A DNA stretch of 64,000 nucleotides from Takakia lepidozioides (taxonomy: Eukaryota; Plantae; Bryophyta): the NCBI GenBank assembly GCA_030704615.1, contig CM060732.1, positions 65,534,001-65,598,000 of the forward strand. The letters are read 5' to 3'. Position 1 is the stretch's first letter. Each line of letters begins with the position of its first letter. The notes beneath the pieces were generated by a model. That model was not told the origin of the DNA, did not search any database, and worked only from the letters and a program-made list of their open reading frames with translations. This document shows positions 52,513 through 64,000 of this stretch, piece after piece. Both the position numbers and the translations under genes were made by a program.

Positions 52513-53005
52513 ATTCATGTGGCATAGCAGCATTTGAGTGTCTGCTAGGGCCAAATTTACGACAGCGACTCTGCAAGACCTAATGTATCAACAGGAAATT
52601 AGAGAGGGGCCAAAGGAGGGTGTGGCCTACTTCTTGCCCCAAATGAGCAACAGCATCTGCAAGGAGAGATGCTGTTTCCTCCTTGGAAGAGGGCTCGGCC
52701 AGATTCACAGCATCTAGTGCAACCCGGCATTTTGTGAAGGGTAGCTCTCCCCGTACCTGCACAGTAGAGTGATGTAATTGCAGCCTACATTTTTGGATAG
52801 TGCAACTTCCAGACAAAACACTCCCCATCCCACACCCCCAACCGAAACAAAAACTCAAAAGCTTACGCACCACTGTCTGGCAAAGCTCAAAGACAAATCG
52901 CGCAGGCACCACATCCACAAGAATCTTGCGGGCACTGTTAGTTGCCCTCCACTCCCGCACGCACTCCTCCGTGACATACCTGCATTGCACTGCAGAGAGA
53001 GCCAT
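33945..53005 (-). CDS. THO2: THO complex subunit 2 (TREX mRNA export), about 34 exons
   Basis: Start [19 protein letters not shown] (ATG 53005). Conserved segments [140 protein letters not shown]. Long R/D/E-rich C-terminus. Last exon 34020-33945 ends ...SRRHHRK*. Confidence 0.97.
38389..38676. mobile_element. hAT-type MITE in a THO2 intron
   Basis: Terminal inverted repeats CAGTGTTTTT...AAAAACACTG. Flanks CCCAGAAC and CTAAGAAC (6/8 match) fit a decayed 8-bp TSD. Confidence 0.7.
40929..41050 (+). repeat. ~120-bp dispersed SINE-like repeat, copy 1 (others at 47436-47451, 49894-50015, 50036-50147, 52444-52483)
   Basis: Shared 3' end ...GGCCACAAGGCTACGGCAAACAACGTCTTATGAGTAC. Copies occur in both orientations inside THO2 introns. 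Confidence 0.75.
49881..50147 (-). repeat. Two tandem copies of the same SINE-like repeat
   Basis: Both match 40929-41050 in reverse. The flank AATAACTACAGA is duplicated with them. Confidence 0.8.
51811..51942 (+). repeat. 66-bp direct tandem duplication (intronic)
   Basis: CAATCCAGTCTCCAGATTTTCAGGCTTG(C/T)TCC...ATCATCCCT x2, with 2 mismatches. Confidence 0.95.
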
Positions 53006-53305
53006 GATGTATGGCTCTCCCGGAGCAGGCTCTTCTTTCCCACACCTCTCTTCCAAAATTCTCCAGACAACCCTAACCCATCTTATGAGCCTGCAGCGCT
53101 GGTCAGTTAAACCGCAGATGGTTCTGAGTTCAAACTTCCCAGGGACTTGCAATGAAGGAGGGATTTGTTTTCCTGCAGAAAAACTGACAGAACAATATTT
53201 TTGACCTAACTGTTATGAGAATGTTCCCCCCCCCCCCCCCCCCCCCTCTCTCTTAAGAACTGTTGGCTCCCAGTGGAATCTCTCTCCTCTGCCTTATTAT
53301 TATGG

Positions 53306-53895
53306 GGAAGACAATAGGAATAATGTAAGAACTTAATGGACGCGTGTGATCTGACAGTACTTTCGCCGGGTTCCGGCAACCTCGGCAACCTGGGCTCCTC
53401 CGGAGGGGCCCCTGTCAAATCCTCCCCACCCCGTATTACCTATCACTATTATAAATACTTATGAATCCGAAGGGGGTTGCAAGCTGTTGTGGGTAGCGTG
53501 ATGGTAAGGTGATCCGGGTTCAATTCTTGATGGTAGGCTCTGGCAGTGTAACCCTGCTCCATGTAACCCTCCACTTGGTGTAACCCTCTGAAACCCCGAT
53601 TTCTCATGTAACTCTGGTTGGTCCATTTTATACTTAACCATTTGGACTTCGTCCAATTTCGAGACCAAGTGTGGGTTACACCGATTGGAGTTACACTCCA
53701 TTCTGTGTAGCCCCGAGTGGAGTTACACACCTCGTCGTGTAACCTGATGTAACCCCGACTGGAGTTGACACTCTTTCAGTTCCATGTCACTCTCAAGAGA
53801 GGGTGGGGAAGATTTGACACGCCGGAAATCGGCATACCAACCTGTCAGAGGTTGCACATGTGCATTAAGTTCTTGCATTATTCCTATTATCTTCA
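53306..53895. mobile_element. Foldback/MITE-like element ~300 bp upstream of the THO2 ATG
   Basis: GAAGACAATAGGAATAATGTAAGAACTTAATG... pairs with ...CATTAAGTTCTTGCATTATTCCTATTATCTTC. Inner TGTCAAATCCTCCCCACCC pairs with GGGTGGGGAAGATTTGACA. Internal GTAACC/GGTTAC repeats. Confidence 0.7.
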
Positions 53896-54985
53896 GTTGA
53901 TATATGAGGTCCCAGACTTCCAAAAAATTGGTGATGGATATATTATTGATGGGAATGATACGTTAACCCTTAAAAGCCCACCATGCCCAAAACGGGCTTC
54001 AGGACCCATTTAAACGGAAATTGGGTTTTCAGATCTGCTTCAATTTTTATGAGATTAGAATCATAGAGTGGTCCCTTTCGTGCACCACTGCCAGGATTGG
54101 AGAATTGATTGCCTCAATTTCGAGTTAAAGCAAAATTGTCTCATCACGCAAGCAAGGGGGGTCAAGCTTTGATGAAGGTAATTCTATCTTTTTCATGTGT
54201 GTGTTAGTTAGGGGATCTGACCAGGTTTGACCCAGTAGTAGCACTCCATGTGTTGGCCAAATTGGATGGTTTTTGGCTTGTTGGATGAGGGATCCCAAGG
54301 GGATGACTGAGCCTCAATTGGAGTTGATCCCATCACTCAAATCTTTAAAAAACTGCTAAAGGGTCCCACATTCAAGTGGTGTTTTGTGGATTTGGGGCTG
54401 ATTGTCCTGGAAATTGGCTGGTGGGTGCAGGAGGAAGATATGCACATTGTGTGCCGTCAATTTCTTAAAAAAAACAATATTCTAAAAATTACATCATTTT
54501 CCCCCCCAACTGATGTTGGGTACTTATTTATTGGTTGCAAAGGTTTAGGAGCTGCACAGCTGCACTGCCACTCATAGTTTTGACCTACAACCACAAGAAA
54601 TGCTAGACTTTTTCCCTACAAAGGATCTTTCTGTGCCCAGCTTTCTGGCCGTGCTTAATGCAATATTCACTATGTAACCGGGGATGGAATGTGCTACAGC
54701 AAGGACATTAACCAGCCACTAATGTTGGAGAAAGCGGGTCCGCAAAAGTCTCAAAATTTTTCCCTCATATGGGCGAATTAAGGTATTTGTCTGGCTAATC
54801 TACAGTCATGAGATAGGGCCATTGATCAGGTGGCAACAATTCCCAGTGTCAGCTGCATTAAATTCAATTAAACACCAGCTGCATCAAATGTGTATTCTCT
54901 ACCTTCTACTGAGGTCCATCTACCACTGTTCACAAATTGCACAGGAAACCTCGTGCAATACCTAGTTTTGAATCCTGTTGCCCTC

Positions 54986-57900
54986 CTAGAGGCCATCCCA
55001 TGGTCGGGGCCGCAGCAGTCGCTTCATAAATTCGTAAGTCATGAACACAATGCCAACGCTGGGAATGACCTTGAAGTACTCTGGTACTATTCCCCTATAT
55101 AGCCCAATCCACCCCTCTGTCTGGATTATGTGTTTGAATGTACCAGCCAGCCCTGACTTGTACACCAAAGCTCGTCCCCCTGCCCCTTCTAATTGCATAC
55201 GCCGCCTCACCAAATCAATTGGGAACGTTGCTGCATTTGCCAGTTATTCGAAAGGTCAATATCTTTTGTCTTCTGTAACCAACATAATCTACCCCCGCTT
55301 CAATCTCTCCCATTAGCCCCTTACCAAACAAATCCACCCCCTTCCTTTCCATTTTTCCATAACCAAAGGGACAAACTAAGAGCTAATGTGGAGACAGTTT
55401 GTTCAATCAAATGTAAATCAGGTGAAGCTATGTAGTAAATAACTTGGACAGAGTAGCTTTCTACCTGTGGAAGAGCAAATCCCAGCAAGGCTGCCGCACC
55501 CAAGGCTCACAAGTACGGGAGACTGATCTGGCCTGCATTTTCAAACACGCTTCAATAATAAGCTGCCTGCATGGTATGGAAACCCAAATCCACTACAACA
55601 AGTGCACAACTTACTTGCCTTACCCTAGTCTGGTGACCAAATTGGCTCAACTACCAGAAATAATTGAACCGACACATGGCCTCCCAGGTGCACTGAACAA
55701 TCAATCAGGCCCTGGGCACTAGGTGACAACTAGTCTGAGAAAAGCTCTCGACCTCATGCTCAGCACAAAGTGCTGATGCAAAGACTTGGCCACAAATTGG
55801 TGAGCCACCTTAATATAGGCGCTCTAGCCTCATGTAGCATCTTCTGTGCATGACGATGTGCAACAGGTTGGATGAGGTTGCAATTCATAAAGGCCAACAA
55901 CCACTCCAATTGTCATGAGAGAAACAAGGCGGGATGTTCCACTGCTGGATGCTGGGAGGAGTGGATAATGGATACCGTCCTCGTCGATGGACAAAGAGCT
56001 CCTTTCAGGATGTCTCAAGTTGTAAAATGGTTCACTACATAGAGGAGGTTATGGGAGTGGGCTTAAGGCAAACTGCAGAAAGAGCGGTGAGTAAAGGCCA
56101 AAAACGTCTCCGTGAATATCATATCCCACCGCTATCAAGCTTTCATCAGTACAACGAGCAAGGAAAGAATCAGCACAGAAAAAGAAGACTGACCTTCGAG
56201 CAACCCACATTGACTTCAGAGTTTCATAGACGCAAAAATTTATTGCAATGTTGGGCCCCACTCCCTGTTTGGACAGAGCAGAACCAGTCTTAGGCAAGGA
56301 AACCAAAAAAGGAGAAAGACAACATACAATGCAATTGTCATCATCAGACGTCACAAACTAAGAGAGGAAGGAGAGAAAGACACACAGAAGTTGGGCATTA
56401 AGCACCCTATCTGAGGTTTAATTAGTTGCATTTGGTGTCAAAAACATAAGGGTCAAGAACTATCTTCACTACCGAAAGGCTTAAACAGTGTACTGCATCA
56501 TATCTGGCCTTCCATGCGGGCAAGAGCCGGTTGGGCATCACTGGAACCCCACCCGTTATGTGACTTGGGAACCCTTCAGCAATGCCCGACGGACGTTTAC
56601 CTGCATGCATACCAGTAGTAACGTGTTCCCGGATTCCATTATCAGCCAGGCTTTTGTTTGAAATTCTCCCCTGACTACCACGGGGATCAGCCAAAGCTGC
56701 TAGTTGCTATATCTTTTGGGTACATTATTTACACAAGATCACTGTTAATTCATTCATGTTCGAGTGTACAAGAAAAATCACATGGTCAATCACTTGGTTT
56801 TGTCCACACTTCAAAGTAGGCTTCAAATCTAAGGGGATGGGTCCCAGCCCTTGTCTCTCATACACACTAAAGCCTCAGCTCAAAGCACTTGAGGAAAGCT
56901 GTGGCATTCAAAAAGTGACCAAAGGTGACAAGAAACTTTTATCTCCCTAGATGCAACGCGTCATCTAAAACACAGACCCCTGTGATGGACATTTAGGTAT
57001 AAACAACATCATAACAAAAATATCTTACTTGTGTAACGGGCATCCTTAAGCATTTGGCTAGATCTTCCACCCTGAATGATCAAACTGGGGATCCCAGCAT
57101 GAACAAACACTACAGGGACAACTTCAGTGAACACAATTACTCTAACTCCCTTCCTAGCAAGTTGCTGTAAAACTGAAGGGAAGAAGTTTTGAAGGAATGT
57201 GTTAAGCAGTAAACTTAACAAAAATCAGCAGAAGTCATAAGATCACTTACCAACAGAGTGGGACCTAAGCCCTTGTAGAGGCCCTTGAAACCTTCCTCAC
57301 GATGGATTGTTATCAGTGCATGTGTTATGCCCCTGTAGTACATGTCACTTGTCTGCCACAATCCCCCCCACGGTCCAACTTGAGAGAACGTCCAACTTGA
57401 ACTGTTTCAATTGCTTAAAACATAGAATGAAGACAAATTGGAGGTGGACATAACGGCTCACAAAAGATCTTAACCAGAGGAACAGGCTGTTTTCCTCTCT
57501 CAATCACCTATTCAAAAGAAATAGGCAAAGCGAACCTGCCACTAAATTACAACAGATTTCTCACACTCGAATGTTCAGATACACGGCAAGATGGAGTCTG
57601 AGATAACCCATCTATCAGGCGTGGTAGAAAAATCTGTTAAGACACCAGCTGGGTGCAAAAACTATTGCCGCTCTACCCAATTCCAAAGCACCCTTGAAGT
57701 TTACTACTGTTCATTCAGGACTTGATAAGCAGCATTAGCCTTATGTGGGTTATAGCTTCTTCACACTGAAAAGGTATGGCACTCATAAATCTCACTTGTG
57801 TTGCCAAGCGGGTTCGAACCAGGTCCAAAGGGTAAGTCAAAGATGCAGCCGTGATACCAGCTCCACCGCCAGCAAACAAACGTGTACCCATTCCCACTCC

Positions 57901-59388
57901 AAGGCTCTCTTGCCTTCCTTCTATGCCCAAAAATCTCCTAAAAAACTGCAAATAAGTAGCCATTTGCAATCAGTATTTCCCATGTCTGTCACAACAATTC
58001 AAGAACCCACTTCAATTATGAACATATTTCGGGTAAAACTCCACAAATCCTTGAGGACACGACTTCACTTAAGTCCCAGCGGCAATAAACAACACAGTTG
58101 CAATGGTTCACCAAGGAAGGATAGCAGGAAATGCCTCACCATTTTGTACTGCTCATAAGCGAAAAAACTGATGGATGAATAGGGAAGCCGATGCACAATG
58201 GTCACTCCATTGCCCTTCCAAAACGCTCTGAACCCTTCTTCCCGCAATATTCTTGAGGCTTCAGTGAGAATTCTGGGGCGGCTTAACTTGGCACCGTCTG
58301 AGTGCATGCCTTGGACCTTTGATGCCATGGCCCACCCCCCAAACAATAGAAAATAAAAAATCAGAACCAGAGAAAGCTCCATCATAGGACACAAGAACAC
58401 ATATAACCCCTTTGCTCCAATAGCTCATCCATTGCCATACTTAGATCATCTTTCTTGGGTTTCATAAACTTCTATTTGCATATTCCCGATTGAAAATCCC
58501 ATCTCTCCCACTTTCAGAACACTTGTCATAGTTCCTCTCTCATCTTTTCCTACAGTGTCTTAAGCAGGTCTGAAGATTCATGGTGTTCAGCTCAAAGAAA
58601 GTGTCAAATTAGATATGGTAGAACTACCATATGCCCCTTTCCATTAGACAAACTTTATCCGATCTTCAGCCCTAATTATGTAAAGGCAGCAGAGGATTTT
58701 GACAGCTCTTTCGGAAAATTGCACTTCAGTTTCAAGCCGAGCACTCTCCCACCCCTCTCATCTACGGAGTTTCCCTGGATGACTTTGAGCCTCAAATCAA
58801 CTGACAAGGTCGAGCAGATTATGTATTCAGTCACTGACATATTAGGGTATTATGCATGGATCTCGCAGTCACCAAATCGATGAGGCTGAAGTACACGATT
58901 TCCCCAAAGAACCACGCATGAAAGGCCTTCTAACGGGTCAAACTGCCGCTGTCAATTCCGTAGATGTCATTTCAAGCGGTTCGTCATGCAGACAACCGAA
59001 AGTAGGCTATTGGGATGGTAGTATTGCATAAGGTATCTAACAAAATTGACTTGGGAATACATACACTAAGGAGGCTCCAGTGACTAAGAGATACCTGGAA
59101 GAGAATGGTGAGGCGGGAAAGAGGCGCTATGCAAGTTTTGCTGAAAGCGCCGGCAACTCCACCGGCAAGGAGCTGGGACGCGGTGCTGATCTGTGAGGGG
59201 CGCGCCACCTCCCTCACTTGCGCCTCCTGGACCACGGTGGCGGACCGCACGGCATTGTTACTGCCGGGCGTTGCGATGGACTCGTCGACGGTCCCTGCCA
59301 GTGCTCTGTGCGCACCGTCCACCAAACCTACTATCGGACCGCTGCCTGCATGTAGCCGTCCTTCTGCTGCCGCTGCCTTCGTTTGCAT
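54986..59388 (-). CDS. Mitochondrial carrier family (SLC25) protein; 7 exons: 59388-59095, 58316-58140, 57945-57796, 57352-57251, 56264-56194, 55532-55465, 55230-54986
   Basis: Three carrier repeats: AGGVAGAFSKTCIAPLSRLTILFQ..EEGFRAFWKGNG; TYPLDLVRTRLA..EEGFKGLYKGLG; TFPIDLVRRRMQ..EGWIGLYRGI. Splice phases consistent. Confidence 0.95.
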
Positions 59389-61925
59389 TCCTGCCCCTTC
59401 CCTCTCAGCTGTTGCACATGCTGCAGCTCCAAATCTTGTAGCGACCAATACACATGAAACAATCAAGCTCCGATCGACCGCCTCCTCCTCCGCTTTCTTT
59501 GCTCCTCCTTCTTGGATCCAACCACAGAAAACACGGCAAGATCACAAGGTTGCACGCATCAAAACCAACGTACCCTCACCCTTCCCACGTAAGTATCTCA
59601 TGACCAACACAAAACCCTAAACCGGTCCACCTCTTCGAGAGTGCATGAAACGTGGAAATCCTTGACCGGCCTACTTTCCTCCTATCCTATTTTATTTTTT
59701 TGGATATTCCGATTCCTGAGCGGATGTTACACTACAGCCCAGCGGCCCTTCCCGAGTGAAATTTCCGGTGTTGGGAGGGTATTGGGTGCATAACCGAGGT
59801 TTGGAGGCATTTTGTCAACGTGGCAGAGTTTAATTTGTCCTGGACAGGCCTGTCACTCGCCGTAGCCCACCACCACTGGGTTGTGTCCGGTAGACGGGAA
59901 GGCTTGACCAGCTACTGGGTATAGCCGGACACCAAGAGTGTTCTCGCTATACCCCCGGTCTCGCCTCCCCGGCTACCTAGTCCGTAGAGGGTATCAACAC
60001 AAGTATCAATGCGGGTATGTGGACCCGGACCCAATTGTTCAAAACCTACCCGCCGTTTAAGTCCTGAGCTGATAATGATGCTAAGACCCAGACTTGGAGG
60101 CTAGGATAACGCTTTGGTGATATTGACATTGATATTTATGAGGGCTAAAAAAAACTAGATTTTCCACATATCGGGGCCTTACGACACTAGCGGCAGAGGA
60201 AGTCCCCGCAACGTGCTGAAGGCATGCTGATTGGTTGATGGATCATAAACTGACACCCTCACCTACCACACGGGAGGAACGGCAGCTAGACGGCAATGTG
60301 ACGTGATGCTTATGTCCGTGAAAGTAGGATTTCCAGGGACTATTGCCTGGAAATCCGAAATGTTAGGGAACTTCTTTGTCTGATGTGTTCCTTCTCGTGG
60401 TGGCCCTCATCCGAGTCATTCATTTTTGCTTCTCAATGATATGTTCCGTGCCGATTGCTGCTCATGCGGTAGCGTTGGTTTGGCCTACTCTCCATAACAT
60501 ACACGTGCTACAATCCTAGCCAAGGACTTCCATGTCACTCGAGCTCACTGTTGCTCTTGTGGTAAGGCCCTCAATATCAAGTGGCTGGACATGTCACATT
60601 AAATGTTATATTATAGTTTCGAAACCTATCCCTGTCGCTTCAGGGATTTACTACCCCCTTAAAAATAAATCAGCAAGTGATACTAATATTTAAACGCTAT
60701 CAAACATTGCCCAAATTTACACACCATACCTTAAAAATACAAACTACTTAAAGTACTTAGGAATATTTACTAACTTTATAATTCTAGCCACCTAAATAAG
60801 TACATTAATATTTGTATTAGTTAATGATTAAATAATATTTTGATTTAATTAGTTAGTATTCCTCATCACTTTTACAAGTTTGGATAAATTTTTTATGGAT
60901 ATGGCGCTCTTAAAAAATGGTTGAAGAAACTTTTTTAAACCCGGCCCCGGGTTGATAAGAGTGTGTTATTATCCATGTTTGGTTGTTATTGATATGTTGT
61001 TTAATAATGTTAATAATGGGCTCGATTGGTAACCCTGGCTATGTAAAAACCTAAATAAATCTAGTACTGATCTCTGGCAGGTATGTCCACAACCTCACAC
61101 CACCAAAACCCCAAACCAGCGGGTCTTACAAAAGATAATAACCTCCCAACACTGGAAATTTCCCTTAAAAAAGAAAAAGAAAAAAAAGAAGACAAGAATA
61201 CTTCCAGGCTTTTTCCGACTCCAAACGGAGGTCGGAAAAACAGCTCTGCTTACTATGGAAAAACATTATGCAAAAACATTCACTTCTGATCATTGGTTTA
61301 CTCTGTCACGGGGTGGTATCCCCACTTCAAGCCGTCACGCCCTTGGGTGGTTATTTTTTCCACTTCTCTTAATATTTTTCCAGGGCCTCTGTCTGTTTTG
61401 GAAAAAAAAAAAAAAGAACGGCGGTCTCCACTAAGGGCCTCTTTATACTACCCACCATTCTGTTGCCAAATATGTGGTGGAGGCCCCCATTGGGTGAAAC
61501 AGCCTCTCAGAAATCATCAGGCGGAATTTCAATTTGGAGTGGTGCATAGGTGCTTATGGTGGCACGGGAATTGCCCAAAGATGTAGGCAGTATTTTTTGA
61601 ACAATTCCATGTATTGGGCCTTTGCTCGATTTGCAAAAGTGGGAGCAAAAAAGGCAGGCATGAGCGGTTATAGGGGTCATATGTTTGCAAAAGAAAAAAC
61701 CAGGCCTAGGCGGACATGTACTGTTGCGTCCATAGGGTCAGTTACATGGTCTATGTGATGAATGTGTTTATATACTTAGGTTTTCTAACACAGACAGAAA
61801 GTTCTAATTGGATTCTTATTTATAGGACTTAAATTCACTTGGAATTACTGAAGGGAAAGGCTTAAAACCTCGTACAACCATGAGGCACACCATGAAAAAT
61901 AGAACAGGAATAGGGTGCCATAGTG

Positions 61926-62001
61926 CCACGTCATATTTACCACGTCATCGTAGACACGTCATCGTCGTCACGCCACGTTGCCGTCGTCAACCACGTCATC
62001 G
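61926..62001 (+). promoter_or_regulatory. Cluster of unfolded-protein-response elements (CCACGTCA / TCATCG) upstream of SDF2
   Basis: CCACGTCA at 61926, 61940 and 61991; ACACGTCATCG at 61954. The reverse complement TGACGTGG is the UPRE consensus. Confidence 0.7.
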
Positions 62002-62253
62002 TCGTCATTTTTAGGTGTCGGTTGTAAGGGAACCTCGTTTTACATCCATCCGTCCGTCTGGCCGTCGGAGGTTTTCTTTTGTCCTTTTGGATCGAAGTGG
62101 AAGAAGAGTTTGAGACTTGTGCGCATGTGTTGTTGTGTAGGCCTTGTTTCTGGAAGGATCTGAAGGAGCGAGGAAGACTGTTAGGGTTTCAGATTTCCAA
62201 GGAGTTTTTCACGTGCAGCTTGTGCAGGATCGGTGTTTTAGGGGGCTTTGGCT

Positions 62254-64000
62254 ATGGGGTGGTTGACGCTGGCAGTGCTGACACTTCTTGGATTCTTTCA
62301 TAACTCCGCCTCATCTCTTGTCGTTGCTTCCACCGAGGGCAACAAAGAGGTGGGTCGTATGGAGATCTTCAGAGACATTGTGAGTTGGAGCAGATTTGCA
62401 GATGGCGGGTTTGAAATTAAACTCATGGATTTATCTGGATCAGGTGACACATGGGAGCGTAATAAAATTGTTGCACGAGCGCACCAAGTTTCGTCTGCAT
62501 TCACACGAAGTGCCTTATGGATCGGGCAGCGGACAGCAATCTGTTACTGGCTTCCCAGGTGTTGAAGACGCCAACAGTTACTGGGTGAGTGTTCGCTTTA
62601 CCTACTGGTTTGTTCTTATGGAATGTAGACTGCATTCCGAAGAATGTTGCCGAAGCTTTACTATGGACTTATACTCTGTTGGTGGGTGCTTTGAATGTGG
62701 GAGCTATGCAAGCCTTGCTCTCTGGTATCTTAGCATGGTTCTGTTGTGCTCAAAGATGGTACAGATTGTACGGGGTCCCGCTGAAAGTGAAGCCAAGCAA
62801 GGTGATGAGATCCCAAACAATTCTATCGTACGGTTCCAGCATGTTCGCACTCGCAAGTGGCTCCACAGTCACCTTCATCAGTCCCCAATTTCTGGCAATC
62901 TTGAGGTATACATTCCATATCACTGTGCCACACTGTTCTCTTTGCAGTTGCTCACAAAATGACTTCTAGTTTCAGATGTGAAGTATAGATCACATCAATA
63001 CTCGGTCTTTGCCACCGAAACTACATCGAACAGGTCTCTGGTTTCTGTTCCCAGCCTGAAGTCAACCAATTTCCTCAAATGGGAAGGCAGCTACATAATC
63101 AATCAGACAGAGGCATTGACCTGTAATCAGAATATAAGGGCTCAAAATGCACCATTTTCACGACCAATCTGCAGGCAGATGACAGGGCCAACCTACAGAA
63201 GGGCACCTAGCATTCCTTTTTATGGGCTGTCTTCTCAAGTCTACAGAGTCATTTCTTCCTAGTAAGGTGTCCTTTCACATGAAGTCTACACTTTTAGGAT
63301 ATGCGCATGTCGAAATCATCATCAGTTTCATTAACCTGTCAATGTGTGGAAACTGGGTTGCAATATGGAAAGTGAGTAGTTTTTAATTTTTGTAAGGAGA
63401 CACCGAGTTTGATTCTGAATGCAGGTGAGTGCCTTTGGAGGAGACGATCAAACTGATACAGGCGATAACTGGAGGTATCTCCTTTTCGACATGTGCTCCT
63501 CCGTTTTACAAGTGCCACATTGTCACTCCTGGATTGGATATTATGTTTTTTAGCAAGCTGGCAAGTCCTGGTTTCTTATCAACATTTAGTCACCTTGTAT
63601 TTGCATTGTTGTTGTCCATTGTGAGTGTGATGGAGATTACTGGTCCTGAGTTTCCTGTCCTGGTAGTGAACACTCCCAGGCGGTTATCTCACAGGCAACA
63701 TGCGGTACGTATGTCATTCTCAATGTTCACAGGAACAGTGAATGAATTTATCTTTACCATTAGTTTGATGTGCTCTGTTTTATTGTTTAAGCAAGCATTC
63801 CACCTTCCTGTGGACATCACTGCCAGGGATTGAGGAAACCGTTTTGTGCACGTCCATTTGTATGTCTTCTGTTATATCTGAGTGTATCTGCTGATACCCC
63901 TTGTTGTTTCTGCTAGGGAGGATTGATCTCATATTGTAGTGTAGAGCAGTTGTTGAGGGGAACCGCTGAAGACAGGGGGTGGTGTGGCAGGCTGGAGGTA
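62254..64000 (+). CDS. SDF2: Stromal cell-derived factor 2-like ER protein (MIR domains), 5' part; exons 62254-62349, 62444-62584, 62765-62905, 63425-63474, 63991->64000
   Basis: Signal peptide MGWLTLAVLTLLGFF; VTHGSVIKLLHERTKFRLHSHEVPYGSGSGQQSVTGF; RKWLHSHLHQSPISGNLE|VSAFGGDDQTDTGDNWR|LEV. Runs off the window. Confidence 0.93.

Noticed and set aside
63945-63969. Alternative SDF2 exon 5 acceptor (TAG|AGCAGTT...)
   Set aside because: Gives an immediate stop. The acceptor at 63990 restores the expected W-R-L-E-V sequence.

Overview
Eukaryotic, intron-rich nuclear DNA from a land plant. PLS-type PPR relics and a moss-type hAT transposase suggest a bryophyte or fern-grade plant (inference). Layout: (1) 1-~12.9 kb is a TE and pseudogene graveyard: a decayed Ty3/gypsy gag with an upstream extra ORF, scrambled PLS-PPR fragments interleaved with OSB-type 'PDF' ssDNA-binding motifs, a CACTA end, a hAT transposase relic and a foldback element. 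(2) A 7-exon exostosin/GT47 glycosyltransferase (+, 17707-21603). (3) The main find: two tandem, intact, 3-exon genes (+, 24693-26188 and 27611-29480). Each fuses a Ty3/gypsy Gag capsid N-lobe-like domain to an RNase H1-fold domain that has lost most of its catalytic acidic residues. The two share intron positions and phases but only ~48% identity in the Gag domain. (4) A strand-asymmetric pre-miRNA-like hairpin (~31.3-31.5 kb) and a copia RT relic. (5) THO2 (-, ~34 exons, 33945-53005) with MITE- and SINE-like inserts. (6) A 7-exon mitochondrial carrier (-, 54986-59388). (7) The 5' part of SDF2 (+, from 62254) with a cluster of UPR elements upstream. Exon boundaries were read by eye from GT-AG sites and frame continuity. 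No database searches were run.
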